Shown here: positions 31,674 to 42,500 of the stretch, piece by piece
How the letters are laid out: each line of letters starts with the position of its first letter
Numbering within the stretch: the first letter of the stretch is position 1
Assembly (NCBI GenBank): GCA_030867685.1
Contig: JAQOWU010000008.1
Span: 1,054,001 to 1,118,000, forward strand
Direction: 5' to 3'
From: Wickerhamiella versatilis
Taxonomy: Eukaryota
DNA: 64,000 nt
Translations under genes and position numbers: made by a program
Notes under the pieces: generated by a model
The model's database searches: none
Seen by the model: the letters and a program-made list of their open reading frames with translations, nothing else
Told to the model about the DNA's origin: nothing

Positions 31674-33236
31674 TCATCCAAATGATGCCGTTGGGCGCAC
31701 ACGGCGTTTAGGGCCCTCAATTTTTCCAGATGGCCCAGCCTGGAGTTCAACAGGCTTGATGCTTGGGTCTACAATTTTGTATGAGGTATCCTGATTCGGC
31801 TCATAAACCGCATGATAGTTATAGTTAGCATTGAATCCTGGTCTTCGTGATCCATGTATGAGTGGAGTCTCACGTTGTTTCTTCAATTCTTCATCGTCAT
31901 CGTATTTCAGCGTCGTTGCTGGAAGCGTTTGAATTATGTGTGCACCCGCGACAGTATCTATACTAGAAGGCCTTCTCACACCAAGAAAGAGACCACCATT
32001 ATTAGAATCATCGCTTTCATACGCATCATCTTCATCCTCATCGTCTTCAGAGTCAACCGCCTCATCATCAATATCATTTGAAATATCGACGGCTTCTTGA
32101 GGCTCCAATGCCACACACTGCTCAACCCTATCGTTGAAATGAACATGTCGATGTTCTGAAGTAGAAGTTTCCAATGATTCCGAATCATCATTTGTATTAT
32201 ACTGTCGGTTGAGTATATCCGCTGCATGCTTTCGCCCAGTTACAGAACCTTTATCACGATAGTTGTAATGGCGCATATAATTTGCCTCTGGAGGGGCAGA
32301 TTCCTCCAGCATTAGCTGCGCCATCGACTTTCTCTTTAATATGGGTTTAAGCTTTGGCTGGGAAGGGTGCAACTTCAGCGGTGGCTCGGACTCCTTGCGA
32401 TTCGTGCTAGGAGCTGGTGAGCATGCGGGTGAATTCGATGCCGAAATAGTTGGTGAATGGAATAGAGGACCATAGAGCCATGTGACATCATAATCTTTAA
32501 GCCAATTGACGACTGCGGGGCTGACTGTCTTCAAATTATACTTGGCTTTCGCCCACATTCTCCAAGATGCATTCTCGAGCCTCGCCGCATTTGCTATTTC
32601 CTCCCGCCGCTTACGACTGATAATGTATCGCCAACTGTCTGCAATATCGCCCTCCCGCCAATCATGGGAAAAATAATCAACATGTTCCCGTGCTTCGGGC
32701 TTCAATTCAAGGTCATCGGTTAGTTGAGAACCTGGTGAGCTAGTGATTAGCTGGGGAATATCGCTGGACTCGGGGGTGCTGTCATATTCATCGTCGTCAA
32801 GAGCTGGCTCGCACTGCCCTCTTGGGTCATCTTTAGATCGGAAATTCGCTGTGTTTCCTGAAGAGATGACTTCACGTGCTTGGGGTGGATGTCGGTCCAA
32901 TGCTTTTCCAGGAAGAACAACCTTACCACTGATGTTCTCCACCGACTCTTGACCGTAGTTGTCACGACGATCGATTGCACCAAAGCTATGACTCCTTTTA
33001 ATACCAGGCCGTTGTGATGTTGACGCAGCATCATACGGGATATTCTTCGTCGGCGATTTCGATTCATGGCTGCCCATGCTCAAAGTGGGTGCTTCGCTTG
33101 GCGCTGCTCGTTTAATTTCCCCGTTAGCGTCGGAAACAGGGCTGGGATCCTTCGCACCCAGGCTTGATATGTTGGAAGAGGGGTCCCACAGGTTACCTCG
33201 TGAAACCGTACGCTTGAGCCCGCCTCCTCCTACCAT
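31674..33236 (-). CDS. REG1: Reg1-like PP1 (Glc7) regulatory subunit
   Basis: HVDYFSHDW.E.DI..SWRYI, ARLENASWR.WAK, NWLKD.DVTWLYGP, KPILKR.S, RHVHFNDRVEQC (RVxF-type motif). Confidence 0.9.
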   Translation of the reverse strand: MVGGGGLKRTVSRGNLWDPSSNISSLGAKDPSPVSDANGEIKRAAPSEAPTLSMGSHESKSPTKNIPYDAASTSQRPGIKRSHSFGAIDRRDNYGQESVENISGKVVLPGKALDRHPPQAREVISSGNTANFRSKDDPRGQCEPALDDDEYDSTPESSDIPQLITSSPGSQLTDDLELKPEAREHVDYFSHDWREGDIADSWRYIISRKRREEIANAARLENASWRMWAKAKYNLKTVSPAVVNWLKDYDVTWLYGPLFHSPTISASNSPACSPAPSTNRKESEPPLKLHPSQPKLKPILKRKSMAQLMLEESAPPEANYMRHYNYRDKGSVTGRKHAADILNRQYNTNDDSESLETSTSEHRHVHFNDRVEQCVALEPQEAVDISNDIDDEAVDSEDDEDEDDAYESDDSNNGGLFLGVRRPSSIDTVAGAHIIQTLPATTLKYDDDEELKKQRETPLIHGSRRPGFNANYNYHAVYEPNQDTSYKIVDPSIKPVELQAGPSGKIEGPKRRVRPTASFG

Positions 33237-33484
33237 TGACGGCTCAAACGAAATTTGGATGCTTAGGCGGCAAGAACGGGACTATTGGTAAGCAGTAATG
33301 ACTTCTTGTGGGGTGAGGGTCCTCCGGAAGTATGTGGAGGTTACCGGCGCTCGCTAACCAGCCTCCCTATCTCCTAATTCTGGTCAAAAATTAAATTTAC
33401 TGTTACAGTTTTTATTCTGCGGCATTTCCCACTGATTTTCGCATAATATTCGTGCAGAAGTAACCCTTACCTGAGCATGAGGCC

Positions 33485-34261
33485 TCAAGTCAGCCACGTT
33501 AGGTTTAGAGTAGGGACATTCAGCTCTCTTACAAGGGCAATGACATTTTCAGCATATATAGAGCTATCTTCCGCCTCATTTATAGCAACTCCAAGAAGCG
33601 TCATATTTTGTCGGAACTTCGACCAGCTGCTATCTTGATCTTCAGTAATCTTACTATAACTCACATGGAGAGGCCTGTATTTTGGTTTTTCCCAGTTAGT
33701 CTGCCCCCAACATTGTCTAAACCTTCTGAGTGATGCTAATTGAGCCGCATTGGATTTGTCCTGCATGTTTGGCCCAGGGTTCCGCAGATTTGGAGGAGGA
33801 AACTCAGGGAGATGTTGGGGATTGAGCCCAATACCGTCGGTAAAAAGCCGTCTTTCCAACGACCTAAGCACCTTTAAAGCTATTATATCCTTCGCATTTG
33901 GCACATAACTAGCTTTGAGCCGATCAGATTCATAGCCATCAACCAGGCGATTGATACACCAGATAAGAACCTGTGTGACGCGCTCCTCTGGCGTTCCGTC
34001 TACAAACTTGTAGTATTGATCATGATGTACGTCCACTGGGTATGTCCTGGTGTACCTGGGCACGTACCATGCATGTTTCTCAGAGGGGTCCTCCGTTAAA
34101 TTTGCCCAGATATTGGAATTGCGGCCCAAGACAGATGGAGCTTGTGCTGTGAGAGACCGACCAGCAGTAATTTCCTGTGGATGAATTGCGGAACCTTCGC
34201 TACTTTGGTTTTCGGATTGAATTGGTCTTGGCGCGTTGTCCAAGGATCTTCCCACTACCAT
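33485..34261 (-). CDS. Putative divergent Dsn1/Mis13 kinetochore protein
   Basis: VHHDQYYKFVDGTPEERVTQVLIWC resembles the fungal Dsn1 V...FYK.I....PE..R..QLL.WC motif; later PN....N..L segment. Confidence 0.5.
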   Translation of the reverse strand: MVVGRSLDNAPRPIQSENQSSEGSAIHPQEITAGRSLTAQAPSVLGRNSNIWANLTEDPSEKHAWYVPRYTRTYPVDVHHDQYYKFVDGTPEERVTQVLIWCINRLVDGYESDRLKASYVPNAKDIIALKVLRSLERRLFTDGIGLNPQHLPEFPPPNLRNPGPNMQDKSNAAQLASLRRFRQCWGQTNWEKPKYRPLHVSYSKITEDQDSSWSKFRQNMTLLGVAINEAEDSSIYAENVIALVRELNVPTLNLTWLT

Positions 34262-34544
34262 CACAGCACCAACCCTAAACCTCCAACATGGACTTCATTG
34301 ACTTGGCGCGCTAACGAGAAACTATATCAATTTTAATTGGGGAAGTAGCATTTATTGAGATGCATTGAATATAAGTCCTGAAGTATCCAGAATGCTTTAT
34401 TTTAGTATGGAATGACATATCAGATTAGTGTTTTTTACGATCAGAATGTCCTGGAACCGAGCACGAGAAGTCTTTCGTGATGCCTTTCTGTCAATACATC
34501 TGTAGCTACAGTCTGTTTTTATATTAAATGTTGAAGAAGCAATG

Positions 34545-34563
34545 TATATATATATATATATAT
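34545..34563. repeat. (TA)n microsatellite
   Basis: About 9-10 TA units upstream of ATG 34601. Confidence 0.9.
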
Positions 34564-34600
34564 TATTCAGTGGTCGAATAATGATTAGTTGTTGGTCATC

Positions 34601-35083
34601 ATGGGGAGCGGTGCTTCTAAGGTAGCAGCACCGGGGCGAAAGCTGGGGAAAGTAAATCCATCAAAGACAGTGGCAAAACCAAGTGTAGGATCAAGCCGTG
34701 GTCCTTTAAAATATCAGGAGATGTCTGAGGATGCTCCGGAGCAGCAGGAGGACATGCTGTCGAAGCGACTCACCGACCTAGGCCAGGCCCAGCCCAGAAT
34801 TACTCGTCAGAAAATACAACCACCCTCCGAAAATCCATTTGTGACAACGTTGCAATATCGTCAGCAAGTATATGACGATGGCCAACGAATTTTACATGCA
34901 TCAGGCCCGAAAACAGTTGCGCCGTCTTCTTCCATTGCAGCTATTATCCAATCATTACAAGATGGTGAGGAGCGAGCAGTCATTCTTCAATCTTACAACT
35001 TGGCGCCAGAAACCTTGGACAGGCTTGCTGCTTATAGTATCCCCAAGGTAACCCGCGTGCCCCAGCGACGAAAGCGGCTATAA
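34601..35083 (+). CDS. Hypothetical protein, possibly N-myristoylated
   Basis: Starts MGSGASK (MGxxxS); 160 aa filling the gap between neighbours. Confidence 0.7.
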   Translation: MGSGASKVAAPGRKLGKVNPSKTVAKPSVGSSRGPLKYQEMSEDAPEQQEDMLSKRLTDLGQAQPRITRQKIQPPSENPFVTTLQYRQQVYDDGQRILHASGPKTVAPSSSIAAIIQSLQDGEERAVILQSYNLAPETLDRLAAYSIPKVTRVPQRRKRL

Positions 35084-35105
35084 GTCATATTTAATCTAGA
35101 CATCG

Positions 35106-35648
35106 TTATGCAGTTGAAAGTTTGATCCCAACAATTTCACCTTCTTCTTCCATTGCTGCGCCTTCGTGACGTTTCACCAGGACCTCCACCCCTCGCCTTA
35201 TGGTGAGAAGGTCGACACCCGCCAAGCGCTCGAGTCCAGGGAGTTCCCCTTCGGTGATCTCAAAAAGAGTAACAACATTATCACCGTAGCCATAATCGTC
35301 GCTCCACTTCTTTATCAAAGATGCTACGCTCGCTGGGCTCATTCCATATACATTTATGCTGTCCTTTTCCTTTGGTGATACATACTCGGCCAACCCGTTT
35401 TTTACAACCTCGCCAAGTATCTCAACTATGGCGTCACCCCTGAGACTACGATGAATACGTGGATTCTCAAAAATATCGCTAGATCGGGTAACCCGGGTGT
35501 TGCCGGTGGCATGGCTCCAGTCAACAATTATATCTTGCCAGAGACGTAATTGTGCTTGTCGTGTGCTAATATTAGGCTGCCATGTAAATAATGGTGGAAA
35601 CTCATATATCTGCGGTGGTTTATATTTCCTCTCTTCTTCCTCTGGCAT
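35106..35648 (-). CDS. VPS25: ESCRT-II subunit Vps25
   Basis: PQIYEFPPLFT.QPN..TR..QL..W, IFEN..I.R.L, V.TLFEI. Confidence 0.92.
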   Translation of the reverse strand: MPEEEERKYKPPQIYEFPPLFTWQPNISTRQAQLRLWQDIIVDWSHATGNTRVTRSSDIFENPRIHRSLRGDAIVEILGEVVKNGLAEYVSPKEKDSINVYGMSPASVASLIKKWSDDYGYGDNVVTLFEITEGELPGLERLAGVDLLTIRRGVEVLVKRHEGAAMEEEGEIVGIKLSTA

Positions 35649-35740
35649 TAGAACCTCTCGGTCATGGAGCTGAGTAAAACTTAATCTGACTGTGCCGGTT
35701 ATGGTGGCCTCTAGTTTTTATGTATATATGTACAAGTTAT

Positions 35741-36478
35741 TCACATGGTTCCAGTGAAAAGTCGTTCATTAACCTTGTCCCAGTCCAGTGCTTTCCACCA
35801 GGCCTCAATATATCGTTCTCTACCGTCAATGCCATAGTCCGGAACATAGGCATGTTGCCACAAGTTAAGAGCCAACAGTGCAATGTTATAATTCTTGACA
35901 TTATTACTCACAGCTTCTGTTAATCTTTGGTGTTCACGTTGTTCATCCTCGCTCACAAGTCCACTGAGATCTGTCTCCTGGGCCCTATGGAATGTGTATG
36001 GCGAGCCTGCGCCATTGCAAGCAACCACTGCGAGTGACTTATCCGGCTTTTCAACGACAAATACCCAGCCTTGACCCAGTATTCTTGAAGCAGCCTGGTA
36101 TATTTGCGAGCGAAGGTTCTCCAATGATCCAAAGCTCTGCTCGATGCGTCTTTGGAGAGCCGGGCTAGGTTTTGATTCCGAAGAGCTTGAAGGGCCTTTT
36201 AGCTGGCTAAAAAAGAGGTGGTTGTTGTGAACCTGCGAGGCATAATTAAATATATGTGCCATATGCATACGGCCTGCGGTATTCAGCAGAATATGGAACG
36301 GAAATCGACTTTCGTTGTCTGTATCTACGGTTGATCGCCCAAGCTTCTCTACAAAGAAATTTTGGGCCTCAGACCATGCTACGCGGTACCCAGAAGAGCT
36401 GTATAATCCTGGAATACCTTTGCTGGCATCAAAACCAAGGCGTGGCACGGTATGAAGTAGCCTGCTCTGAAATTTCAT
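35741..36478 (-). CDS. RSM26: Mitoribosomal SOD-fold protein mS42
   Basis: LHTVPRL, GIPGLYSSSGY..AW, ES.FPFHILL.TAG, IFNYASQ.HNNHLF, LNLW.HAY..DYG. Confidence 0.88.
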   Translation of the reverse strand: MKFQSRLLHTVPRLGFDASKGIPGLYSSSGYRVAWSEAQNFFVEKLGRSTVDTDNESRFPFHILLNTAGRMHMAHIFNYASQVHNNHLFFSQLKGPSSSSESKPSPALQRRIEQSFGSLENLRSQIYQAASRILGQGWVFVVEKPDKSLAVVACNGAGSPYTFHRAQETDLSGLVSEDEQREHQRLTEAVSNNVKNYNIALLALNLWQHAYVPDYGIDGRERYIEAWWKALDWDKVNERLFTGTM

Positions 36479-36536
36479 CAACTCGAGAAATGTCAGCAGT
36501 CAGTTACCCGTACCCAACACAAGCTACTACTGTCCC

Positions 36537-37385
36537 ATGTTTCGGACACTAGCGCGATTTGCACCAGTCCGTTCGAGAATTCCACGGACTCCTCCACCCT
36601 TTCCTAAGTTGCGTCGCCAGGAAAAGGGTCAATTTGGAGCGTCGTCAGAGTTTGCTGCCGGGGTCTCTCCATCACTGCTTCACATGCTCTCCGAGCCTAT
36701 CCTTGTGATTGAGCGGCACCTTGAGCTTATGAATGTATTCCTGGGATTTGAGCAGACTAATAAATATACAATTTACAAGCCTTCGGGTGAAATAATCGGG
36801 TTCATGGAGGAGACGGACTTAAGCATTACTCGAGGGATCTTGCGCCAATTCACCAAACTTCATCGACCTTTTACTGTTGATTTGTTTGATGTTAGTGGTC
36901 AACATGCATTGACAATCCGTCGTCCTTTCAGTTTCATTAATAGTCACATAAGATGTTTACTTCCCGGAGCCGAATGGGATGATCCAAATGGTGGAGTCCT
37001 GGGGGAGTCACAGCAAGAGTGGCATCTATGGCGGCGGAGATATAATTTATATGAGGCAGATGGTGAGAATATGGACCAGTTTGGGCGTATAGATGCCCCA
37101 TTCCTGTCATTCTCTTTCCCTGTGGCTAATGAACAAGGAGCACTTCTGTCGGCCATAGACAGGAATTGGGTCGGATTAGGACGTGAAATGTTCACAGATA
37201 CCGGTGTTTATGTTATTAGAAATACTCCTGAGGCCGTTGCGGATATGTATCCAGACTCACCCCTTGCCGGCAACACATTGTCGTTGAGGGATCGTGCGGT
37301 TATGTTGGCAAACGCGGTAAGCATTGATTTTGATTATTTCTCAAGACATTCTAATAGAGGTGTAGGATTTGCTGAAGATTATTAG
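36537..37385 (+). CDS. AIM25: Mitochondrial scramblase-family protein
   Basis: LVIER.LELMNVFLGFEQ.NKY, RQF..LHRPF, QEWHLWRRRYNL, GREMFTDTG.Y, AVSIDFDYFSRHS. Confidence 0.95.
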   Translation: MFRTLARFAPVRSRIPRTPPPFPKLRRQEKGQFGASSEFAAGVSPSLLHMLSEPILVIERHLELMNVFLGFEQTNKYTIYKPSGEIIGFMEETDLSITRGILRQFTKLHRPFTVDLFDVSGQHALTIRRPFSFINSHIRCLLPGAEWDDPNGGVLGESQQEWHLWRRRYNLYEADGENMDQFGRIDAPFLSFSFPVANEQGALLSAIDRNWVGLGREMFTDTGVYVIRNTPEAVADMYPDSPLAGNTLSLRDRAVMLANAVSIDFDYFSRHSNRGVGFAEDY

Positions 37386-37592
37386 TGAATCAGTTGACTT
37401 CCAAAAAAGACACTTTTCGTACATACTTAAATTTACTTTGGATATCTTGTTTCGATTAAGATAAGGCCATGCAAAGTCTAAAAAAGCTTCGCTGTTACCA
37501 TTAATTATAATTACTCGCCTGCACTGTGTAGTTGTTTCCCTCTCATATATGCCTTTCTTGGCTGTTGACTAAGAGATACACACAAAAATGGC

Positions 37593-38018
37593 ATGAGTGG
37601 TTCTCTAGGTGTTAAGGGCCAGTCACCGGCTGGCTACGTAGCTCCGTCTTTTCCGGCACTGAGTTTCCATGTCTCTAATAATCCTTATACGAGCCCACAT
37701 TTGTACTACAGTTGGGATATTTACCGTTTCACTGTTTACTGGTATTTAATCTTCTCCACTGGTTTCCATGTCATCGCAGCTTTGACGGGAGGTATTCTCA
37801 GTCGCAATTTGAAACGTACAATATGGACTACTGTAGTTTTCACAGCTGTTGGAGCTTTTTTTGGATTCATGGTCGGGTCGATAGTAGGTCTTATTTTGGG
37901 GACAGTATATCGTGCTGGTGCCTTAAAGATGACTCCTTGGATTCCCTTCATCTGGTCATTATTGACAATGATATATATGACTGCTTCATCTTATTCTAAT
38001 TTCTCGCTTTTGTTGTGA
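37593..38018 (+). CDS. TMEM170-like small ER membrane protein
   Basis: GY..PSFP.L, LYY.WDIYRFT.YW, three TM segments, VY.AG...M..WIPF.W. Confidence 0.8.
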   Translation: MSGSLGVKGQSPAGYVAPSFPALSFHVSNNPYTSPHLYYSWDIYRFTVYWYLIFSTGFHVIAALTGGILSRNLKRTIWTTVVFTAVGAFFGFMVGSIVGLILGTVYRAGALKMTPWIPFIWSLLTMIYMTASSYSNFSLLL

Positions 38019-38157
38019 AATGTGGTCTTCTATTTCAGTTCCCCACCTGTTATGACAATTCTAATTATAACAACACTAATACCCCTAATATGAGACATTA
38101 TAATATATAAAGGAGAAAACGAATTTAATACTGACATTCATTATACCGTTTATGTTT

Positions 38158-39411
38158 TCAGGTGGGCTTTTTACGCATTTCTGATAGAATGTTTGCTTTC
38201 ACAACATCCATGGCCGCCAACGAGTCCTCCATAGAATCATGCTCCCCTTTTTGGATTTCACGGCTCAAATATTTGAAAGCAAGCTCCTTAAGAGCAAAGG
38301 TTCTCTTGCGGATGGGTGGATAAAGTGCGGCGGTGTCAACAATATTTCGATGCACCCAACGCATAGCGATCAAATCGTTCTCAAGACCATGACCGATTAA
38401 AAACGTACTTTCACCTATAATTTGAAATAGGAGTTCCATTGCCTCCTTATAAGACAGGGTGGGTTTATGATCACCATAAACGATAGTGCCAGAATGAATA
38501 TCTGAAATACCACTGAAGCGAGTATTAAGATCCCAAATTTCACCAGCAGGATAAATAAGTCTATCATACACAACTTTTGAAGTATGCCAATCCACTGCAG
38601 TTATTCTTGCTAGCTCAAGACCCAGGCTAGTATAAACCATTTCGCAGTCAATACCCACAGCGAACATTGCCTGGGGGTTCCTCGGCGTATAGGAAAAATT
38701 CCTCGTATAATGAAGTTCCTCAGGCTCCAAAAGCTTATATACATGCGATGGAGCCTCCTGGCAACCGCTACTTTCGTCCAATTTTTCATTGCAACATGGG
38801 AAGAAAGGGTCTCGCTTCCCAATGGCAGCATTATAAGGCCGACGCAGGAGATGGAACTTACACCTCTCCTTACGTGCATCTATACTGAATTTTTCTGAAC
38901 ACCTTTCGCAAGTTTGGACAGAATTAGGTACTGTCGCCTTTTGTGGAATCTCTGTGAGGTAGTGCCTTTTCAACTTTTCAATAGGAAGGGCAAGCATTTT
39001 CAATTGCTCATCATACATCTGTTGAGTTTTTTGTTTGTTTTGTCTCTCACGTTCAGCTTCAGCACCATCCTTGTATTCTCCTTGGCGGATAGCTTTGGCC
39101 AATTTTCGGATTTCCATGGGGTATGTCACAGTAGAGCTTTCACGTGCAACCTTGGATTCAAGACGTACTGCCATTACATGTGCATTAGTAGAGCCGCCTT
39201 TTTCTAACAGCTCATTGATCGTTTGCAAGTATTGCACACGTCTTGGATGAGGTGCTGGGCTATTTTTGAGTTCCTCTGGAACCAGTGGCAAGCCAATTCT
39301 CCTCTTTTTAGGTGGAGTATTAGCTTTAGTCACAATAGAGGCTCTTTTATGTTGAAATGAACATTGTGGCTTGTCACAGTGGTCTCCTCTTGGACAAGGC
39401 ACGTTGACCAT
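38158..39411 (-). CDS. REX3: RNA exonuclease (DEDDh)
   Basis: CCCH zinc finger, CERC...C.FH, IDCEMVYT, DLNTRFSG, GHGLENDL, HDS.ED. Exact start uncertain. Confidence 0.88.
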   Translation of the reverse strand: MVNVPCPRGDHCDKPQCSFQHKRASIVTKANTPPKKRRIGLPLVPEELKNSPAPHPRRVQYLQTINELLEKGGSTNAHVMAVRLESKVARESSTVTYPMEIRKLAKAIRQGEYKDGAEAERERQNKQKTQQMYDEQLKMLALPIEKLKRHYLTEIPQKATVPNSVQTCERCSEKFSIDARKERCKFHLLRRPYNAAIGKRDPFFPCCNEKLDESSGCQEAPSHVYKLLEPEELHYTRNFSYTPRNPQAMFAVGIDCEMVYTSLGLELARITAVDWHTSKVVYDRLIYPAGEIWDLNTRFSGISDIHSGTIVYGDHKPTLSYKEAMELLFQIIGESTFLIGHGLENDLIAMRWVHRNIVDTAALYPPIRKRTFALKELAFKYLSREIQKGEHDSMEDSLAAMDVVKANILSEMRKKPT

Positions 39412-39575
39412 CGCTGATTCATCACACTTGAAAAAAGACTTAGCTAGTCTGATAGTTCTTGATCGAAAGATCACAAAAAAATTCTCTTATGCTGAATGTT
39501 ACCCGCGTATCTTTAGATTTAGTGTGGCATCAAAAGAAGCATGTCAATTAGACTTATACATTGGAGTTAATAATC

Positions 39576-42500
39576 ATGGCACGTCTATCGGTTCGGGCGG
39601 ACAATGGTGTAGGCTCAATTACGCTCAGCCCGTCCGGCCGGGATGTAGCTTTGGCTTCAAGATCAGGCTTGTATGTGTTAGACCTTCAATCCCCCTTTAC
39701 ACCTCCTCGATGGCTACCACTTTTTAGTGCTTGGGAAGTTGCGAACTGTCAATGGTGCCCGCATCCACAGCGACCAACTTGGGTCATGTCGACTTGTAAC
39801 CATAAAGCTGTTGTATGGAATCTCGCTTTACCGAGTGACCGAGCTGTTGAATATGAGCTTCGAGGTCATCGCCGTACAGTGACGGATGTAAATTTCAGCC
39901 CCAACAAGCCAGACTTGGTAGCTACCTGTAGTATTGACACAACTATAAATATTTGGGACTTACGCTCACCATCAGGGCCCAAGCAAACTTTCGCAGATTT
40001 TGTTGCTGGTGCGTCAAGAGCAAGATTATCAGCATTTGACCCGCATCTGATTTATTCTTCGCACGATAATCGCCTAGTTCTTTGGGATGATCGCATGAAC
40101 AATCGACCACTACTGAATTTCGTAGCACATGATGGAAAAATAAATAGTTTGCGTTTTTACGACTACAATGGGAAGCCTGAGGTGATAACCGGCTCTACTG
40201 ATAGATCTGTAAAGCTTTGGGATCTTACAGGGGCCGCCAAGGAAGAGCCAGTTATTGAACTCAGGACAGCATTTCCGGTCTGGCGTGTTGTGGAGGCGCC
40301 TAAGAGTTCAGGAGTATTAGTTGTACCTCTACGTGGAGGTGAAAATCGCGTTTTCGCGATTGATATGTCTACCATCCCACATGGTAAACATAGCTGGCCA
40401 GATGTTGTTCAGGAGTTTGGAGGACATGAAGCACCGGTTCGTGAGGCATTGTGGAGAAGGTGCAATACGGAACAGGGATACGATGTTGTTACGTGGTCTC
40501 GTGATGGTCACTTACGATTGTTGGACTTCGGTAAAGCACCTGGGGCAAAAGACTTGGGACCCCCACCTAGGAGGGACTACAGCTTTCATTTAGAGCCACA
40601 AGGAACGCATAAAAACTTCCAGGAAAATCGCGGCTGTTATCGATTGCCTGTTTTCACACGGCCATTGAAAAATGCTAATGCACAATTAGACTGGATAGCT
40701 GGTGTCCAGCTTAAGAGTCCCGCGGGTTCTTCGTTTCCGCCACCTCTGAACCGTAGTGCTACCAGCACATCTCTCTCTTTGGCCTCTAGACGAGGGCCAG
40801 ATTATGCGAGGTTTTCTCGAGAAGTTACACTCGTTTCATCCAAATTTCCTAATATAAGGTTTGAATCTGTTGATGTGGCGGCAGGATTGTGCACACTAAC
40901 GCTACGTGGGCCTTGGGGGTCGAATGATGCTATGGTTGGTTTACGCGTTCAGGTCACTGCTCCTCCTGAGTATCCCTGGGTGCCTCTCAAGTGTGACATA
41001 GAAGAGGATCCATCGGTTCCAGCAGCGGTTTTTGCCAATATTGATGCTTTTCTTGAGACAAGTATGTCGGAGCTGGCATCGAGAGGCCAGCCTGCATTTG
41101 AAGTGTGTCTACGCTATCTTATGGGAGAAAGTGTGTCTCTGGATAATATAGAAGATTTGGATGATGCGATAGACTCAACAGATGAAGATATCAGTGAAGA
41201 ATTGGAAGCAGACGAAGATTCTGCTGAAGAGGCCTTGAGTGATGATAGTGACAGTGACATAGACATGTCGTCCCCAATGCCTGGTAAACCAGCTATAGAT
41301 TCTACTCCGCTTCCCAAAAATTGTGGGTGTGTTTGGTCTGCCAGTGGCGTGCTTGTCTGCTTTTTTAATCGCCAAGTTTCACAGAGAGATCGAGGTCCCA
41401 TGCCCTTGGATCGCATATTTGCAGGTTCTGATTCCGACAGTGATTCCTATGGATCTGACTCCGAGGGATCATTCCTAGATACGAACCCAGGGCCTAATTG
41501 GTCGGTGACAGCTGCTCGTCTAACAGCGAAGTCCCTCAACCGTGTATCGGGAGCCACGTCAGATAACTTAAGTACAGAATTTCCCTCAGAAAACGATAAA
41601 GAAGCCGAGCATATCGTGTGGCTCCAGGATATGAAACATTTGATGCCTTGCCGTCCTGATATTGCTAGTGAATATCGCACAGAATTTGGGGGAGACCCAT
41701 GTGAACTTGCCACTCATAATGCAGCTGTTGCTGAGAAATATGATAGACATGAGGATTCTTATTTCTGGAGACTTTTAGAGAGATTTTTGATCACCGACAG
41801 GTCTTTCGGTGGTGTAACATACGATTGGAGCGAGCACCCCTTCGGATCCAGAGGATTGTTAAAAGACATTGCTTTACATCTTGAAAAGAAGCAAAATTAC
41901 CAATTGCTTGCAGGGTTAGCCTGCATCATAGCTTTGTACCACAAGCCCGATATCACTTCTGCTCAACCTATGGAAGAGACGACAGAGACGTTGTATCGTC
42001 TGGAAATGGGTTGGGATGGAACAGTACAGACTAACATGGTCGCACATCGGAAAAGTGGACCAAGAGATGGGGCTGTTTTGTCTCCCTGGCAGAGTGCAGG
42101 AGACAAGGGTGCTGCACTTTGTACGGGGCGTCACAATAGCGAGGTTTCTGGTATATCACCTGGTACGATGTCTATGTCTGGCAGCTCTCTAAACCTCCTA
42201 TCCCAGCCATCTTCGCCTCCAACACAAGTGGGGCCTTCTTCAAAGTTCTCGGAAGTATCCGTGCAAATTCGAACAGATAAATCTTTCGATTATGAATATT
42301 TCGATGACAATTCCAACACAGATGGCTACATCGACTGGGTACCTAGTGTTATCCATTACCGTCGTTTATATGCAGCGATGCTAGCGGCATGGAACTTGGA
42401 CATAAAGCGACTTGAGCAGCTGAAATTTAATAATGCAGAACTCACTATCAGAGTTCCTGATGCTGACCATCGTATATGGGCGGATGCTCGTCGGGCTACG

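Noticed and set aside
22886..35648. Apparent cluster of trafficking genes (AGE2, SYS1, VPS54, SNAP, VPS25)
   Set aside because: Interspersed with unrelated genes; trafficking genes are numerous, so chance proximity is sufficient.
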